Assembly (NCBI GenBank): GCA_000092065.1
Contig: CP000581.1
DNA length: 64,000 nt
Strand: one strand, 5' to 3'
From: Ostreococcus lucimarinus
Lineage: Eukaryota
Shown: positions 47,714 to 56,659 of the stretch, one piece after another
Position numbering within the stretch: the stretch's first letter is position 1
How the letters are laid out: each line of letters opens with the position of its first letter
The notes under the pieces: model-generated
Told to the model about the DNA's origin: nothing
Database searches by the model: none
Seen by the model: only the letters and a program-made list of their open reading frames with translations
Program-made: the position numbers and the translations under genes

Positions 47714-48772
47714 ATGATAGGCGATTTACCTCCAGGATTCGGACTGCCCCCGGGCATGGCGATGCCGACGGGCGGCGGCGGGTCGCCGTTCGATATGGCG
47801 AAACTCCGTGAAATGCTCGATGATCCCGCGATTAAGGAGATGGCGGAACAGATCAGTAGTGATCCCAACTTCAAGGTGATGGCGGAACAAATGCAGGCGA
47901 ACATGGCGAACATGCAAGCGCAAATGGGAGCACTGCCGCCGGGGATGGGCATGCCGGCGGGCGGCATGACGGGTATGATGCCGGGGATGCCGGGGATGGG
48001 CGGCATGCCGGGGATGGATCAACCGGCCGCGATGGAAGCTATGCAAGGTGTCATGCAGAACCCCGCTTTCATGCAAATGGCGCAGAAGCTCGGGGAGCAA
48101 ATGATGGAGAACCCCGAGATGAAGGCTATGATGAACACGATGAACGACCCGGAAACGGCGGAAAAGATGAAGGCGAAGATGGAAGAATTGAAGAACGACC
48201 CGGAAATGAGTGAGATTATGAAAGAGATCGAGACCGGTGGTCCGCAAGCGATGATGAAGTACTGGAACGACCCCAAGGTGTTGAAGAAGATAAACGCCGC
48301 CATGGGCGACGTTGCGCCGATGTTTGGCGGCGGCGTGCCCGCCGAAGAGGCAGACGAAGAGGAAGACGAAGAAGACGAGGAAGAGGAAGGCGAAGAGGAA
48401 GAATCCGTTCTCACGGCCGCTTCCGAGGGTGACCACGAGGCGTTGCAGGCGTTTTTGAAGGAGGGACAGGACGTCAACATGAAGGATTCAGAAGGACGCA
48501 CCGCGTTGCACTTTGCCTGCGGTTACGGCGAGATGAAGTGCGCCGAAATCCTCGTCAAGGAAGGTTCGGACGTGAACGCGACTGATAAGAACAAGAATAC
48601 TCCGTTGCACTACGCTGCGGGTTACGGTCGCGTTGATCTCGTGGAGCTTTTGGTCGAAGGCGGCGCCTCGGTCACTTTGGTAAACAACGACGGCAAGTCT
48701 CCGTTGGATGTCGCCAAGTTGAACGACCAAGACGACGTCGTCAAGGCGCTCGAGAAAGACGTTTTTCTTTAA
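47714..48772 (+). CDS. AKR2: Ankyrin repeat protein AKR2 homologue (plant chloroplast outer-envelope protein targeting factor)
   Basis: Collinear with Arabidopsis AKR2A: [49 protein letters not shown], an acidic EEE linker, then four ankyrin repeats [95 protein letters not shown]. The C-terminal ..LEKDxFL is conserved. Confidence 0.9.
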   Translation: MIGDLPPGFGLPPGMAMPTGGGGSPFDMAKLREMLDDPAIKEMAEQISSDPNFKVMAEQMQANMANMQAQMGALPPGMGMPAGGMTGMMPGMPGMGGMPGMDQPAAMEAMQGVMQNPAFMQMAQKLGEQMMENPEMKAMMNTMNDPETAEKMKAKMEELKNDPEMSEIMKEIETGGPQAMMKYWNDPKVLKKINAAMGDVAPMFGGGVPAEEADEEEDEEDEEEEGEEEESVLTAASEGDHEALQAFLKEGQDVNMKDSEGRTALHFACGYGEMKCAEILVKEGSDVNATDKNKNTPLHYAAGYGRVDLVELLVEGGASVTLVNNDGKSPLDVAKLNDQDDVVKALEKDVFL

Positions 48773-48889
48773 AATTCCAACGACATTGATTGATGTGATT
48801 GATGACTTTAAAACTCAACACTCTACAGTACACATAAAAGGCTAAATTCTAATGTACTCGCGCTTCTACGACTTCGCGGCTGAACGCGC

Positions 48890-50194
48890 CTAAATGAATA
48901 AAGAGTGATCTGCTTCGACGCGCTCGCGTAGTTTTGTCCCTCGCCGACACAGTCTCTCGAAGACATCGCCCGGCATGATCGCTAGTGCGGTGTTTTTCAC
49001 CAACGAACGCACCGAACATCGTCTCGGGATGCGGCCTTTGAGCACCTCGTAATCTCCAAAGTAGCAACCTCGAATAAACTTTGCGACCTCAACCTCGGAC
49101 TTTTGATCCGCTCTCTTCATGTCCAGCGCGCGCTGTCGCACCGATGCCGACATGTCCGACGCGTCAGCATTCAAGTGCGCCACTTGCGTCGGGATTGGGC
49201 GCAATATCGTCATAGGGTCGTTCGCGAACTTGAGCGCCTCTCGCGTGTGCACCCGCGGATGCCGCGGGTGCACCAGCTTGGTCGCCGCGCACGCGCCTCG
49301 AATGACGAAGTACACCGAGTACCCACCGGAACGGGAATTGCGCTGCTCGTGATCCCACGCTTGGCCTTCTTTTAGCACGTACTCGCCTTCATCGTACACC
49401 ACCTGTCGCACCAAACCTCTTTTAAATATGTCCCGCTCGCGCAACCCGCCGCCGAATACGTTCTCGCCCTGACACAACTGAATCGCCCGCATGAACTCCT
49501 CCAACGCCTCCTCGCTCGCATCTGGTCCACACTCCACTTTCGTCGACGACACGTCGCCCACGCTCTCGTCGATCACGGTACTACGACCGACGAGCACGTC
49601 TTCCTCTTCGTCCTTGGCGCTCGCGTCGCTCGCCGTCGCCTGAGAATCCGTTCGGGACGTCGAGCTCGATATCCCCGACGCGACCGACGCGACCGACCCA
49701 TCGTCATCGTCAAATTCACTGCGTTCGTCGTCGTCGTCGTCGTCGTCGTTCTCTCCGTCGCGCCATCCTCGTCCGCGTCGTCGCTCGCGCGTCCCGTCGT
49801 CGTCGCGCGGCGGCGACGAACGCGAATACGACGACGATGCGTACGACGACGAATGCGACGACGTCCAGCGCTCGCCTTCGGCGCGGTGCGACTCGGTGCG
49901 CGTCCCGTCGTCGTCGCGGGAGTCGCGCGACGTCGCGTCGTCGTCGTCGTCGTCGTCGTCGAGCTCGCCGCGCGCGCGCGATGTTTTCGCGTCGCGCCCC
50001 GGCGCGCGCACGCACGGCAGGACGACGCCGACGACGCGCAGGATGCCGGCGCGCAACTCGCGACGCGTGACCGGCATGACGCGCGCCGACGCGACGGGCG
50101 CGCGCGGTCGTGTGCGGCGCGTCGCGGCGAGGCGTTCGGCGCGGCGTCGACGCGGCGAGCGCGGAGACGAACGCGGAACGAATGTGATGTACAA
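48890..50194 (-). CDS. Cyclic-nucleotide-binding-domain protein with a poly-Asp/Ser N-terminal region; the start is uncertain
   Basis: C-terminal cNMP-binding fold: [60 protein letters not shown] (G-x-FGE-like phosphate-binding cassette and RxA). The N-terminal region is encoded by (gtc)n triplet repeats. Confidence 0.55.
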   Translation of the reverse strand: MYITFVPRSSPRSPRRRRAERLAATRRTRPRAPVASARVMPVTRRELRAGILRVVGVVLPCVRAPGRDAKTSRARGELDDDDDDDDATSRDSRDDDGTRTESHRAEGERWTSSHSSSYASSSYSRSSPPRDDDGTRERRRGRGWRDGENDDDDDDDERSEFDDDDGSVASVASGISSSTSRTDSQATASDASAKDEEEDVLVGRSTVIDESVGDVSSTKVECGPDASEEALEEFMRAIQLCQGENVFGGGLRERDIFKRGLVRQVVYDEGEYVLKEGQAWDHEQRNSRSGGYSVYFVIRGACAATKLVHPRHPRVHTREALKFANDPMTILRPIPTQVAHLNADASDMSASVRQRALDMKRADQKSEVEVAKFIRGCYFGDYEVLKGRIPRRCSVRSLVKNTALAIMPGDVFERLCRRGTKLRERVEADHSLFI

Positions 50195-50264
50195 CGGCGA
50201 GTCGGCTCCGTCGCGCGCGCGCGCTCACGCGTCCGAACGCGAACGAGACGCGAACGCGAACGCG

Positions 50265-50993
50265 TCAGATTCGCTTGGCCATGAGAAGTTTGGTTCGTCC
50301 CCGCAAGACGTCGTACGGCGTCCGAAACGGCGCGCGAATCGTCTCGTATCCCGCCTTCTCGTACGCCCGCACCGCGCCTCGATTTTCTTCGTACACGTGC
50401 AACAGCGCGACGTTAAACCCCCACTCTCGCGCCACGCGCTCGCCCGCGCGCATCAACAGGCTCGCCAGCGCCCGTCGTCGATGCGCCTCGTCCACCGTCA
50501 TGCACGACAGGTACGCGTACTCCTCCGCGTCGTCCTCGCCTCGCGCCTCGCGCAGCGCCTCGATCGCCTCGAAATCGCGCTGTATCGACACCTCGCACGC
50601 GCCGACGATGACGTCGTCCACCGTCGCGACGAGCGGCGCGAACCGTCCCGCGCGCGCGTACGCGTACTTTTTCCGCAGCGTCCGCGCGACGTCCCACGCG
50701 AACGCCGCGCGCAGCGGTCCGTCGATCGCGTCGATCGTGCCCGCGCCGCGCCCGAGCGCGGGCTCGTAGAAACCTCTCGTCTGCAGCCGCGCGAGCGCGT
50801 CGAGCTCGTCGCGCTCGGCGAAGCGCGCGACGCGACCGCGCGCGTCGCGCAGCACCTCCCCGCTCGGGTCCTCGCCGCGCCGCGTCACCGCGCGTCGCCG
50901 CGCCGTCGTCCCGCGCCGCGCGCGTCGCGCGCGTCGCGACGCGTCGCAGCGCGCCCGCGCGCCCGCGCTCTGTCGCGCGCGCGCCAGCGCCAT
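50265..50993 (-). CDS. GNAT-family N-acetyltransferase with an Arg/Ala-rich presequence
   Basis: Acetyl-CoA-binding motif A region: [57 protein letters not shown] (the R/Q-x-x-G-x-G/A pattern). The ORF continues upstream to 51734 antisense to the ITPase gene, and those codons are rejected. The first ATG after the antisense region is at 50993. Confidence 0.65.
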   Translation of the reverse strand: MALARARQSAGARARCDASRRARRARRGTTARRRAVTRRGEDPSGEVLRDARGRVARFAERDELDALARLQTRGFYEPALGRGAGTIDAIDGPLRAAFAWDVARTLRKKYAYARAGRFAPLVATVDDVIVGACEVSIQRDFEAIEALREARGEDDAEEYAYLSCMTVDEAHRRRALASLLMRAGERVAREWGFNVALLHVYEENRGAVRAYEKAGYETIRAPFRTPYDVLRGRTKLLMAKRI

Positions 50994-51080
50994 GGCGGCA
51001 CTTCGATGCGCGCCGCGCTCTGTCGCGCGCGCGTCGCTTCGCCGCCTCGACGCCGTCGCGTCGTCGCGTCGCGCGCCGCG

Positions 51081-51641
51081 ATGGACGTCACGTTCGTCAC
51101 CTCGAACGCGCGCAAGCTCGCGGAGGCGCGCGCGATCCTCGGCGCGACGCCCGCGTTGACGCTGACGTCGCGCGCGCTCGACCTGCCCGAGCTCCAGGGC
51201 GAACCCGAGGACGTGGCGCGCGCCAAGGCGCGGCGCGCCGCGAGCGTCGTCAACGGTCCGGCGCTCGTCGAGGACACGTCGCTGTGCTACGACGCCCTCG
51301 GCGGGCTCCCGGGGGTGTACGTGAAGTGGTTCCTGGAGAAGACGGGACCGGAGGGACTCGTCGACGCGCTCGCGGCGTACGACGACAAGAGCGCCGAGGC
51401 GCTGTGCGTGCTCGCGTACGCGACGGGACCGACGGACGAAGCGCCGCGAACGTTCGTGGGGCGAACGCGAGGGCGAATCGTGCGCCCGAGAGGGTCGAGA
51501 GATTTCGGATGGGACTGCGTGTTCGAGCCGGAGGGACGCGCGGAGACGTACGCGGAGATGGACGCGGCGACGAAGAATTCCATCTCGCACAGGTATCGCG
51601 CGTTCGAGCTGTTTCGAGCGCACGTCGCGAACACGGCGTGA
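51081..51641 (+). CDS. ITPA: Inosine triphosphate pyrophosphatase (ITPA/HAM1 family)
   Basis: [118 protein letters not shown] matches Ham1 motifs. An upstream in-frame ATG at 51006 would add a 25-aa basic extension. Confidence 0.85.
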   Translation: MDVTFVTSNARKLAEARAILGATPALTLTSRALDLPELQGEPEDVARAKARRAASVVNGPALVEDTSLCYDALGGLPGVYVKWFLEKTGPEGLVDALAAYDDKSAEALCVLAYATGPTDEAPRTFVGRTRGRIVRPRGSRDFGWDCVFEPEGRAETYAEMDAATKNSISHRYRAFELFRAHVANTA

Positions 51642-51763
51642 TGTAATGAAACGCTCGCGATGCGATGACGCGGACGACGTCGCGGACGCGTCGCGACGCG
51701 GGACGACGCGCGACGCGCGCGCGAAGCGCGGCACAACGCGCCGCGGCGGCTCGACGACGCGCC

Positions 51764-52744
51764 ATGACCGAACTCACCCCGTACGAGCTCGAGCGCGAGC
51801 GCAGAATCGCGGTGAACCGACAGCGCATGCTCGCCCTCGGTTTGCGTCGCGACGACGTGCGCATGCACGACGCGTCGCGCGCGCGCGCGTCGGGGAAAGA
51901 TTCAAAAGCGGCCGCGACAGCTCGAGCGGTGAAATCGCCGACGAAATCGCGTCGCGCGCGCGACGCGAGCGAACGCGACGACGTCCGACGGTCGTCTCGA
52001 CGGCGTGGGATCGCGCCCGAGCGCTTCGCGTCGACGAGCGACGACGCGCGCGAGAGCGATGGAGGCGAGGGGTCGAGGCGAGGCGACGACGAGACGACGG
52101 CTGAGACGCGAGCGCTGCACGAACGCGCGGCGGAGGCGTACGCGGCGAGAAACGCGGGGAAACAGGCGCGCGCGGCGATCGTGGGGACGACGTCGTATAA
52201 TCACACGCTCATGCGCGTGAAGACGATGGACGAACGAGGGCTGGAGCGAAGGATGCACGCCATCAGAAACGCGCGCGGAAAGCACTGCGTGACGAAGATG
52301 CGGCTGTTCGCTCGAGTGTTGTTTTTGGAGGGATACGAGGACTTAGCGGGGATGTGCGTGGAGGCGCTGGAGGAATTAGTGGCGGAACTGGGCGATCCGG
52401 ACGAGGAGGACATGAAGGCGGCGGCGGTGGACATCGCGCGAGAGGAGAGAGACGGAGCGAACTTTCGTTGCGACGCCGCCACCGACTTGTCGGACCCGTC
52501 CGTGTACGCGGACGTCGTTCGCATCGAAGCCAAAGCCGTGAGCGCGATGGCGGTGGATGAAAAACCTACGAGCGCCGCGCTCGCGGGAATCCCCAACGCG
52601 AATCGCTGGCAGGTCGCCGCCGCGGCGCTCGTCGGCGCCGACGGCGCGCTCAAGCCGAGCGGCAACGTCGTGTCGTTCGACAAAAACGGCGCGTACCACG
52701 TCGCGCGCGTCACGCCCGAGATGCGTAAAAAGATGAAGAGATGA
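51764..52744 (+). CDS. Hypothetical protein; basic N-terminal half and conserved-looking C-terminal half
   Basis: The ORF starts at 51665, and I prefer the ATG at 51764 (MTELTPYELERERRIAVNRQRMLALGL). The C-terminal region has normal composition: LMRVKTMDERGLERRMHAIRNARGKHCVTKMRLFARVLFLEGYEDLAGMCVEALEELV. I recognise no family. The 3' UTR contains a (gatgatgaaatga) repeat at 52738-52787. Confidence 0.45.
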   Translation: MTELTPYELERERRIAVNRQRMLALGLRRDDVRMHDASRARASGKDSKAAATARAVKSPTKSRRARDASERDDVRRSSRRRGIAPERFASTSDDARESDGGEGSRRGDDETTAETRALHERAAEAYAARNAGKQARAAIVGTTSYNHTLMRVKTMDERGLERRMHAIRNARGKHCVTKMRLFARVLFLEGYEDLAGMCVEALEELVAELGDPDEEDMKAAAVDIAREERDGANFRCDAATDLSDPSVYADVVRIEAKAVSAMAVDEKPTSAALAGIPNANRWQVAAAALVGADGALKPSGNVVSFDKNGAYHVARVTPEMRKKMKR

Positions 52745-52876
52745 TGAAATGAGATGATGAAATGAGATGATGAGATGATGATGCGTTCGAAAAAGTAGTC
52801 GGGACGCGCGTCGCCGCGCGCGATGTGACTTTGCGTCGACGCCGACGCCGACGCCGCGACGCCACACGCCGACGCG

Positions 52877-54094
52877 ATGCGCCTCCGCGCCCCCGCGCCC
52901 TCGGTCGCGCCTCGTCCCGTCCCGAGCCGCGCGCGCGAGCGACGACGCGCGCCCTCCCGCGCGCGCGCGTCGTCGACCGCGCGAGACGACGCGCTGCGCG
53001 GTTGCACCGAGTGTTCGCTCCCGAACGAGCGCGCGCGCGCGGACGCCGTCGCGCGCGCGATGGCGCTCCCCGACACCGGACACGCGCGCGCGCTCGTCGT
53101 CGGCGTCGAGACTGGAATGCTCGCGCGAGCGCTGACGACGGACGACGGCGCGCGGTGCACGGTGCTGTGCGCGGACGCGTCGACGGCGATGCTCGAGCGC
53201 GGGGCGGAGACGGTGGGCGCGCCGCGGGCGCTGCGGGCGGGCGTGGACGTGTTAGGGAACGAGAGAGGGGCGCGATTCCTGCGCGCGGACGATGCGTTGA
53301 AAGAGTTGAAGCCGTACCACGGACCGTTCGATGCGGTGGCGTTTAACGCGCACCTGTGCGATCGAGGCGAGGCGAGGCGAACGGCGCTGACGCGAGCGAC
53401 GATGGCGCTCAAGCCGGGGGGACGGATGGTGATTTCTGAGCGTAAGGCGGGCGATGCCGAGGGCTCCGACGTCGATGGTGGGTTAGATTTCGCGGAAATC
53501 GTGCGCGATTTGCCGCTGGCGCGCGTGGACGCGAGTGGGTCGTGTTCGGGGAAGGATTTGAGCGCCGCGGCGACGGCGACGGCGATACGCGCGGACGACG
53601 ATGAGAATCCCTTGGTGCTCATGGTGCCTAAATTCTACGAGTTGGCGAATAGATTCACGCTCGAGGCGCCCGTGGTCACCGGGTTCGGTCGAGGGAGTAA
53701 ACAGATGGGGGTGCCGACGGCGAACTTGGACCCGGAGACGTGCGGCGGCGAGGCGGTTTTGAGCGCGCTTCCGCTCGGCGTGTATTTCGGTTGGGCCAAA
53801 CGCGAAGGCGAGTCAAACTGGCACGAGTGCGTGCTTAACGTCGGTAAGCGACCGACGTTTGTCGACGGCGACGGGACGACGATCGAGGTGCACGTCATGG
53901 GCGCGAGCGACGCGACGCCGGAGTACGAGGACGATTTTTACGGCGAAACCATGCGCGTCGACGTGTGCGGATTCATCCGTCCCGAGTTGCGATTCGATTC
54001 CTTGCCCGAACTCGTGGCGCGCATCAAGACCGATATCGGCCTCGCGCGTAACGCGTTGGCGTCGGGCGCGCACGCGCGACCGTCGTCTTCCTAG
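52877..54094 (+). CDS. RFK: Two-domain protein: N-terminal class I SAM-methyltransferase-like fold fused to a C-terminal riboflavin kinase (flavokinase) domain
   Basis: The C-terminal 150 aa are collinear with human RFK: GFGRGSKQMGVPTANL..GVYFGWA..NVGKRPTF..EVHVM..DFYGETMRVDVCGFIRPELRFDSLPELVARIKTDI. The N-terminal region, ALVVGVETGMLARAL..TVLCADASTAMLERG..FDAVAFNAHL..LKPGGRMVISE, has the motif I / post-I / motif II-III spacing of a Rossmann MTase. Confidence 0.75.
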   Translation: MRLRAPAPSVAPRPVPSRARERRRAPSRARASSTARDDALRGCTECSLPNERARADAVARAMALPDTGHARALVVGVETGMLARALTTDDGARCTVLCADASTAMLERGAETVGAPRALRAGVDVLGNERGARFLRADDALKELKPYHGPFDAVAFNAHLCDRGEARRTALTRATMALKPGGRMVISERKAGDAEGSDVDGGLDFAEIVRDLPLARVDASGSCSGKDLSAAATATAIRADDDENPLVLMVPKFYELANRFTLEAPVVTGFGRGSKQMGVPTANLDPETCGGEAVLSALPLGVYFGWAKREGESNWHECVLNVGKRPTFVDGDGTTIEVHVMGASDATPEYEDDFYGETMRVDVCGFIRPELRFDSLPELVARIKTDIGLARNALASGAHARPSSS

Positions 54095-54321
54095 ACTTGT
54101 TAGAGGCGGAATCGCGAGAGAAGATTTTATCGTGTATTTTCTGTTAAAATCAAAAGCCGTTCGTTCGCGCGCGTCGGCGCGGCGCGACGTCCATCGGAGT
54201 GATACGCGTCCAACGAATCATCGTTGAAATAACTTTCGAGCACCACTCGTCACCGTCATCGCGCGCGCGCCCTCGCGAACTCAACCTTTATCCACAGTCC
54301 ATCCGAGCGCGCGTCGTCCGC

Positions 54322-54642
54322 CTACGCCGCCGCCTTCATGACTTCTTCGATAAACTTACCGAGCTTCCCTTCCGGTCCACCCTTACCGTCGACCAAGTGC
54401 GAGCCATCCGCCTTCTTGGAGTACAAAAGCTCGTCGGTGTCCAATCGCAGAACCTCAAACGCCCCCTTTCTCCACAGCGCGCTCTCCCCGCCCGGAATCG
54501 GCTTCTCCGCGTTATTCTCAATGTACCACCCCTGTCCCTCCGGCACCGTCGCCCTCAGCACCTCCTCGACGTTGTACGTGAAATCAAACTTCCCCGGGCA
54601 CGCGTCGTTCGTCTTATCGATGAACATCTTCACCCGAGGCAT
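54322..54642 (-). CDS. Small conserved-looking protein (106 aa); function unknown
   Basis: MPRVKMFIDKTNDACPGKFDFTYNVEEVLRATVPEGQGWYIENNAEKPIPGGESALWRKGAFEVLRLDTDELLYSKKADGSHLVDGKGGPEGKLGKFIEEVMKAAA. It has balanced, non-Arg-rich composition, unlike the spurious GC-tract ORFs. I recognise no family. Confidence 0.5.
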   Translation of the reverse strand: MPRVKMFIDKTNDACPGKFDFTYNVEEVLRATVPEGQGWYIENNAEKPIPGGESALWRKGAFEVLRLDTDELLYSKKADGSHLVDGKGGPEGKLGKFIEEVMKAAA

Positions 54643-55391
54643 GTAGTTTCACTTTTCGCAGTACTCGATGTGGATCGGAATCCCCGCGCGCGTCTGCGCG
54701 CGTCGTCCGGTGCGTCCTCGCGTCGCGCGCGCGCGCGCTCTCGACGCCACCGTCGCGCCGCCGGTCGCGAACGCCTGCGCGCGCTGCGCGAGCATCGTCG
54801 TCGTCGTCGTCGTCGTCGACTGCCGTCGCCGCGCGCGCGTCGAGGGGGTGTCGGGTGTCGTCGCTTCGCGCAGGGGGCCATCGCGTGTGGGCAAACAGTG
54901 AGATGACGCGACGCGGGGCGACCGTTTCGTATGCGTACACAGTAAGAACACGCGGTCGGTCGGTCGCGGTCGGTCGGCGCGACCGCGACCGCGCCTCGAC
55001 GCGCGCGACGCCGCGCACGACGACGCGCGACCGCGACCGCGACGCGAACGTCGACGCGCGAGAGACGACCCGTCGGTCGGTCGCGAATCGCGAATCGCGC
55101 GCGCGTCGCGCGAATCGCGCGCGAGTAACGCGCGACGCTTGGATTCCACGCCCACGCGCCACGCGCGCGAATCCGACGCGCGCGAATCCGACGGCGCGTC
55201 GGCGAGGCGACGCGCGGCGCGGGCATAGGATCGCGCGGCGTCGTCGAGGGATCGCGCGCGGCGTCGGACTCGCGCGACGCGATCGCGCGACGCGCGGGAC
55301 CGGGCGACGACGAGCGGGCGCGTGCACATTCGTGCGGGTGCACATTTCCACGAGTCGTGACTCGTCGCATAAGGGACGCCGATCCGCCCGG

Positions 55392-56582
55392 ATGCGGGGC
55401 CGATTCGGCGCGGATTCGAGGGCGATGGCGATGGCGATGCGACGGGTGGAGTCCATGCCGGAGCTCGGCGAAGCGCGCGCGAGCGCGAGTCAAGAGACGG
55501 CGCGCGCGCTGAGATCGGCGAAAAATAGCGATGAGAGCACGGAGGATGCGTTCGCGATGGCGACGAGCGAGGCGGCGGGCGACGACGAAGACGCGAGGGC
55601 GGAGCGAGACGAAGCGACGAAGACGCGAGAGGCGACGGCGCGCGCGCGCGGCGACGAGACGACCGCGGACGAGCGCTGTTTTGTCGATCGAGAACCCACG
55701 GTGTTGATCGTGGATGATTGTTCGATGAATTTGCGCATCGTGAGCAGGGTGTTGGCGGCGATTTTTAGCGACGTACGCGTCGAGTTCGCGCACGACGGTC
55801 GGGAGGGTATCAAGCGGTACGAAGAGTTACGGAACGATGTGTCGTGTGATTTAGCGCTCATCATCGTGGATTATAACATGCCTTGGTGCGATGGGGTAAC
55901 GGCGTCCAAGTATGTGCGGGCGTTGGAGGAACGACACAACAGTCGCGCGCGCGAGCAATCCGACGTCGCCGCCCTTTGGCGGCGAGTGCCCATCGTGATG
56001 TACACAACCGAACTACACGTCATTCTGCCGGCTTTGGTAGATGGCACGATTGACGATCGGTTGCCAAAGGTGTGCACGCGAGAGATGTTTTCGAGATCAG
56101 TCGTGCGCCATCTCGCGCCTCGGCACGCTCGATGGGTGCTGCCAGAATGGCGCGGAATCGAGTCGAGGGCGGCTCGGTTTAGTTGCAACGACGTCGCCAA
56201 CGTGGAGTTGGAATTAGACATGCGCAGTCGCGCTTTCGTATCGTTCGACGATGCGATCCAAGGGAAGAGTGTGAAAAAGCGTCATCGTCAAAGAGACGAA
56301 GAACCGCCGGCAAACGGTGCCAAGTCGCTTCGAGGGCTCGACGGAGAGATTATCGTTTTAGGTTCGTCATCGGCGGAGGTGTCGAGCGATCACAACCGGG
56401 GGCTTCTGAAGCGTCTCTCGAGATCGTTTAATAAGTTGTTCAAGTCGAAAAGCTCCACGCCGACGGCGAGAGCGAAACTAAAAGAGGATAAACGCGCGGC
56501 GCTGTCGAAAAAATTTGAAACGACGGGTGCTTCCTCGTTGCATACATCCCTGGACAACGCTTTTCCTCGATATAGCATGTAG
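55392..56582 (+). CDS. Response-regulator receiver (REC, CheY-like) domain protein with no recognisable output domain
   Basis: TVLIVDDCSMNLRIVSRVL..VEFAHDGREGIKRY..CDLALIIVDYNMPWCDGVTASKYVRALE..PIVMYTT shows the acidic DD pocket, a phospho-acceptor Asp in the IIVDYNMP context, and T/K positions in receiver-domain order. The ORF begins at 54855 in a GC-repeat tract. The ATG at 55392 or 55425 is preferred. Confidence 0.6.
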   Translation: MRGRFGADSRAMAMAMRRVESMPELGEARASASQETARALRSAKNSDESTEDAFAMATSEAAGDDEDARAERDEATKTREATARARGDETTADERCFVDREPTVLIVDDCSMNLRIVSRVLAAIFSDVRVEFAHDGREGIKRYEELRNDVSCDLALIIVDYNMPWCDGVTASKYVRALEERHNSRAREQSDVAALWRRVPIVMYTTELHVILPALVDGTIDDRLPKVCTREMFSRSVVRHLAPRHARWVLPEWRGIESRAARFSCNDVANVELELDMRSRAFVSFDDAIQGKSVKKRHRQRDEEPPANGAKSLRGLDGEIIVLGSSSAEVSSDHNRGLLKRLSRSFNKLFKSKSSTPTARAKLKEDKRAALSKKFETTGASSLHTSLDNAFPRYSM

Positions 56583-56622
56583 CGAGGATGTATTTCGTTA
56601 AATAAATGTACATTCATGATAT

Positions 56623-56627
56623 TTACA
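56623..56627 (-). promoter_or_regulatory. TGTAA (minus strand) putative poly(A) signal ~32 nt downstream of the giant-ORF stop
   Basis: atttacaatt on the plus strand equals TGTAA on the minus strand, below the stop at 56660-56662. Confidence 0.35.
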
Positions 56628-56659
56628 ATTCACTATGGTGCGCCATCATCAACGCCTCA

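Noticed and set aside
50994-51734. Upstream 247 codons of the 50265-51734 minus ORF
   Set aside because: It is antisense to the ITPase CDS, whose identity is unambiguous. Only the C-terminal GNAT portion downstream of the ATG at 50993 has acetyltransferase motifs.
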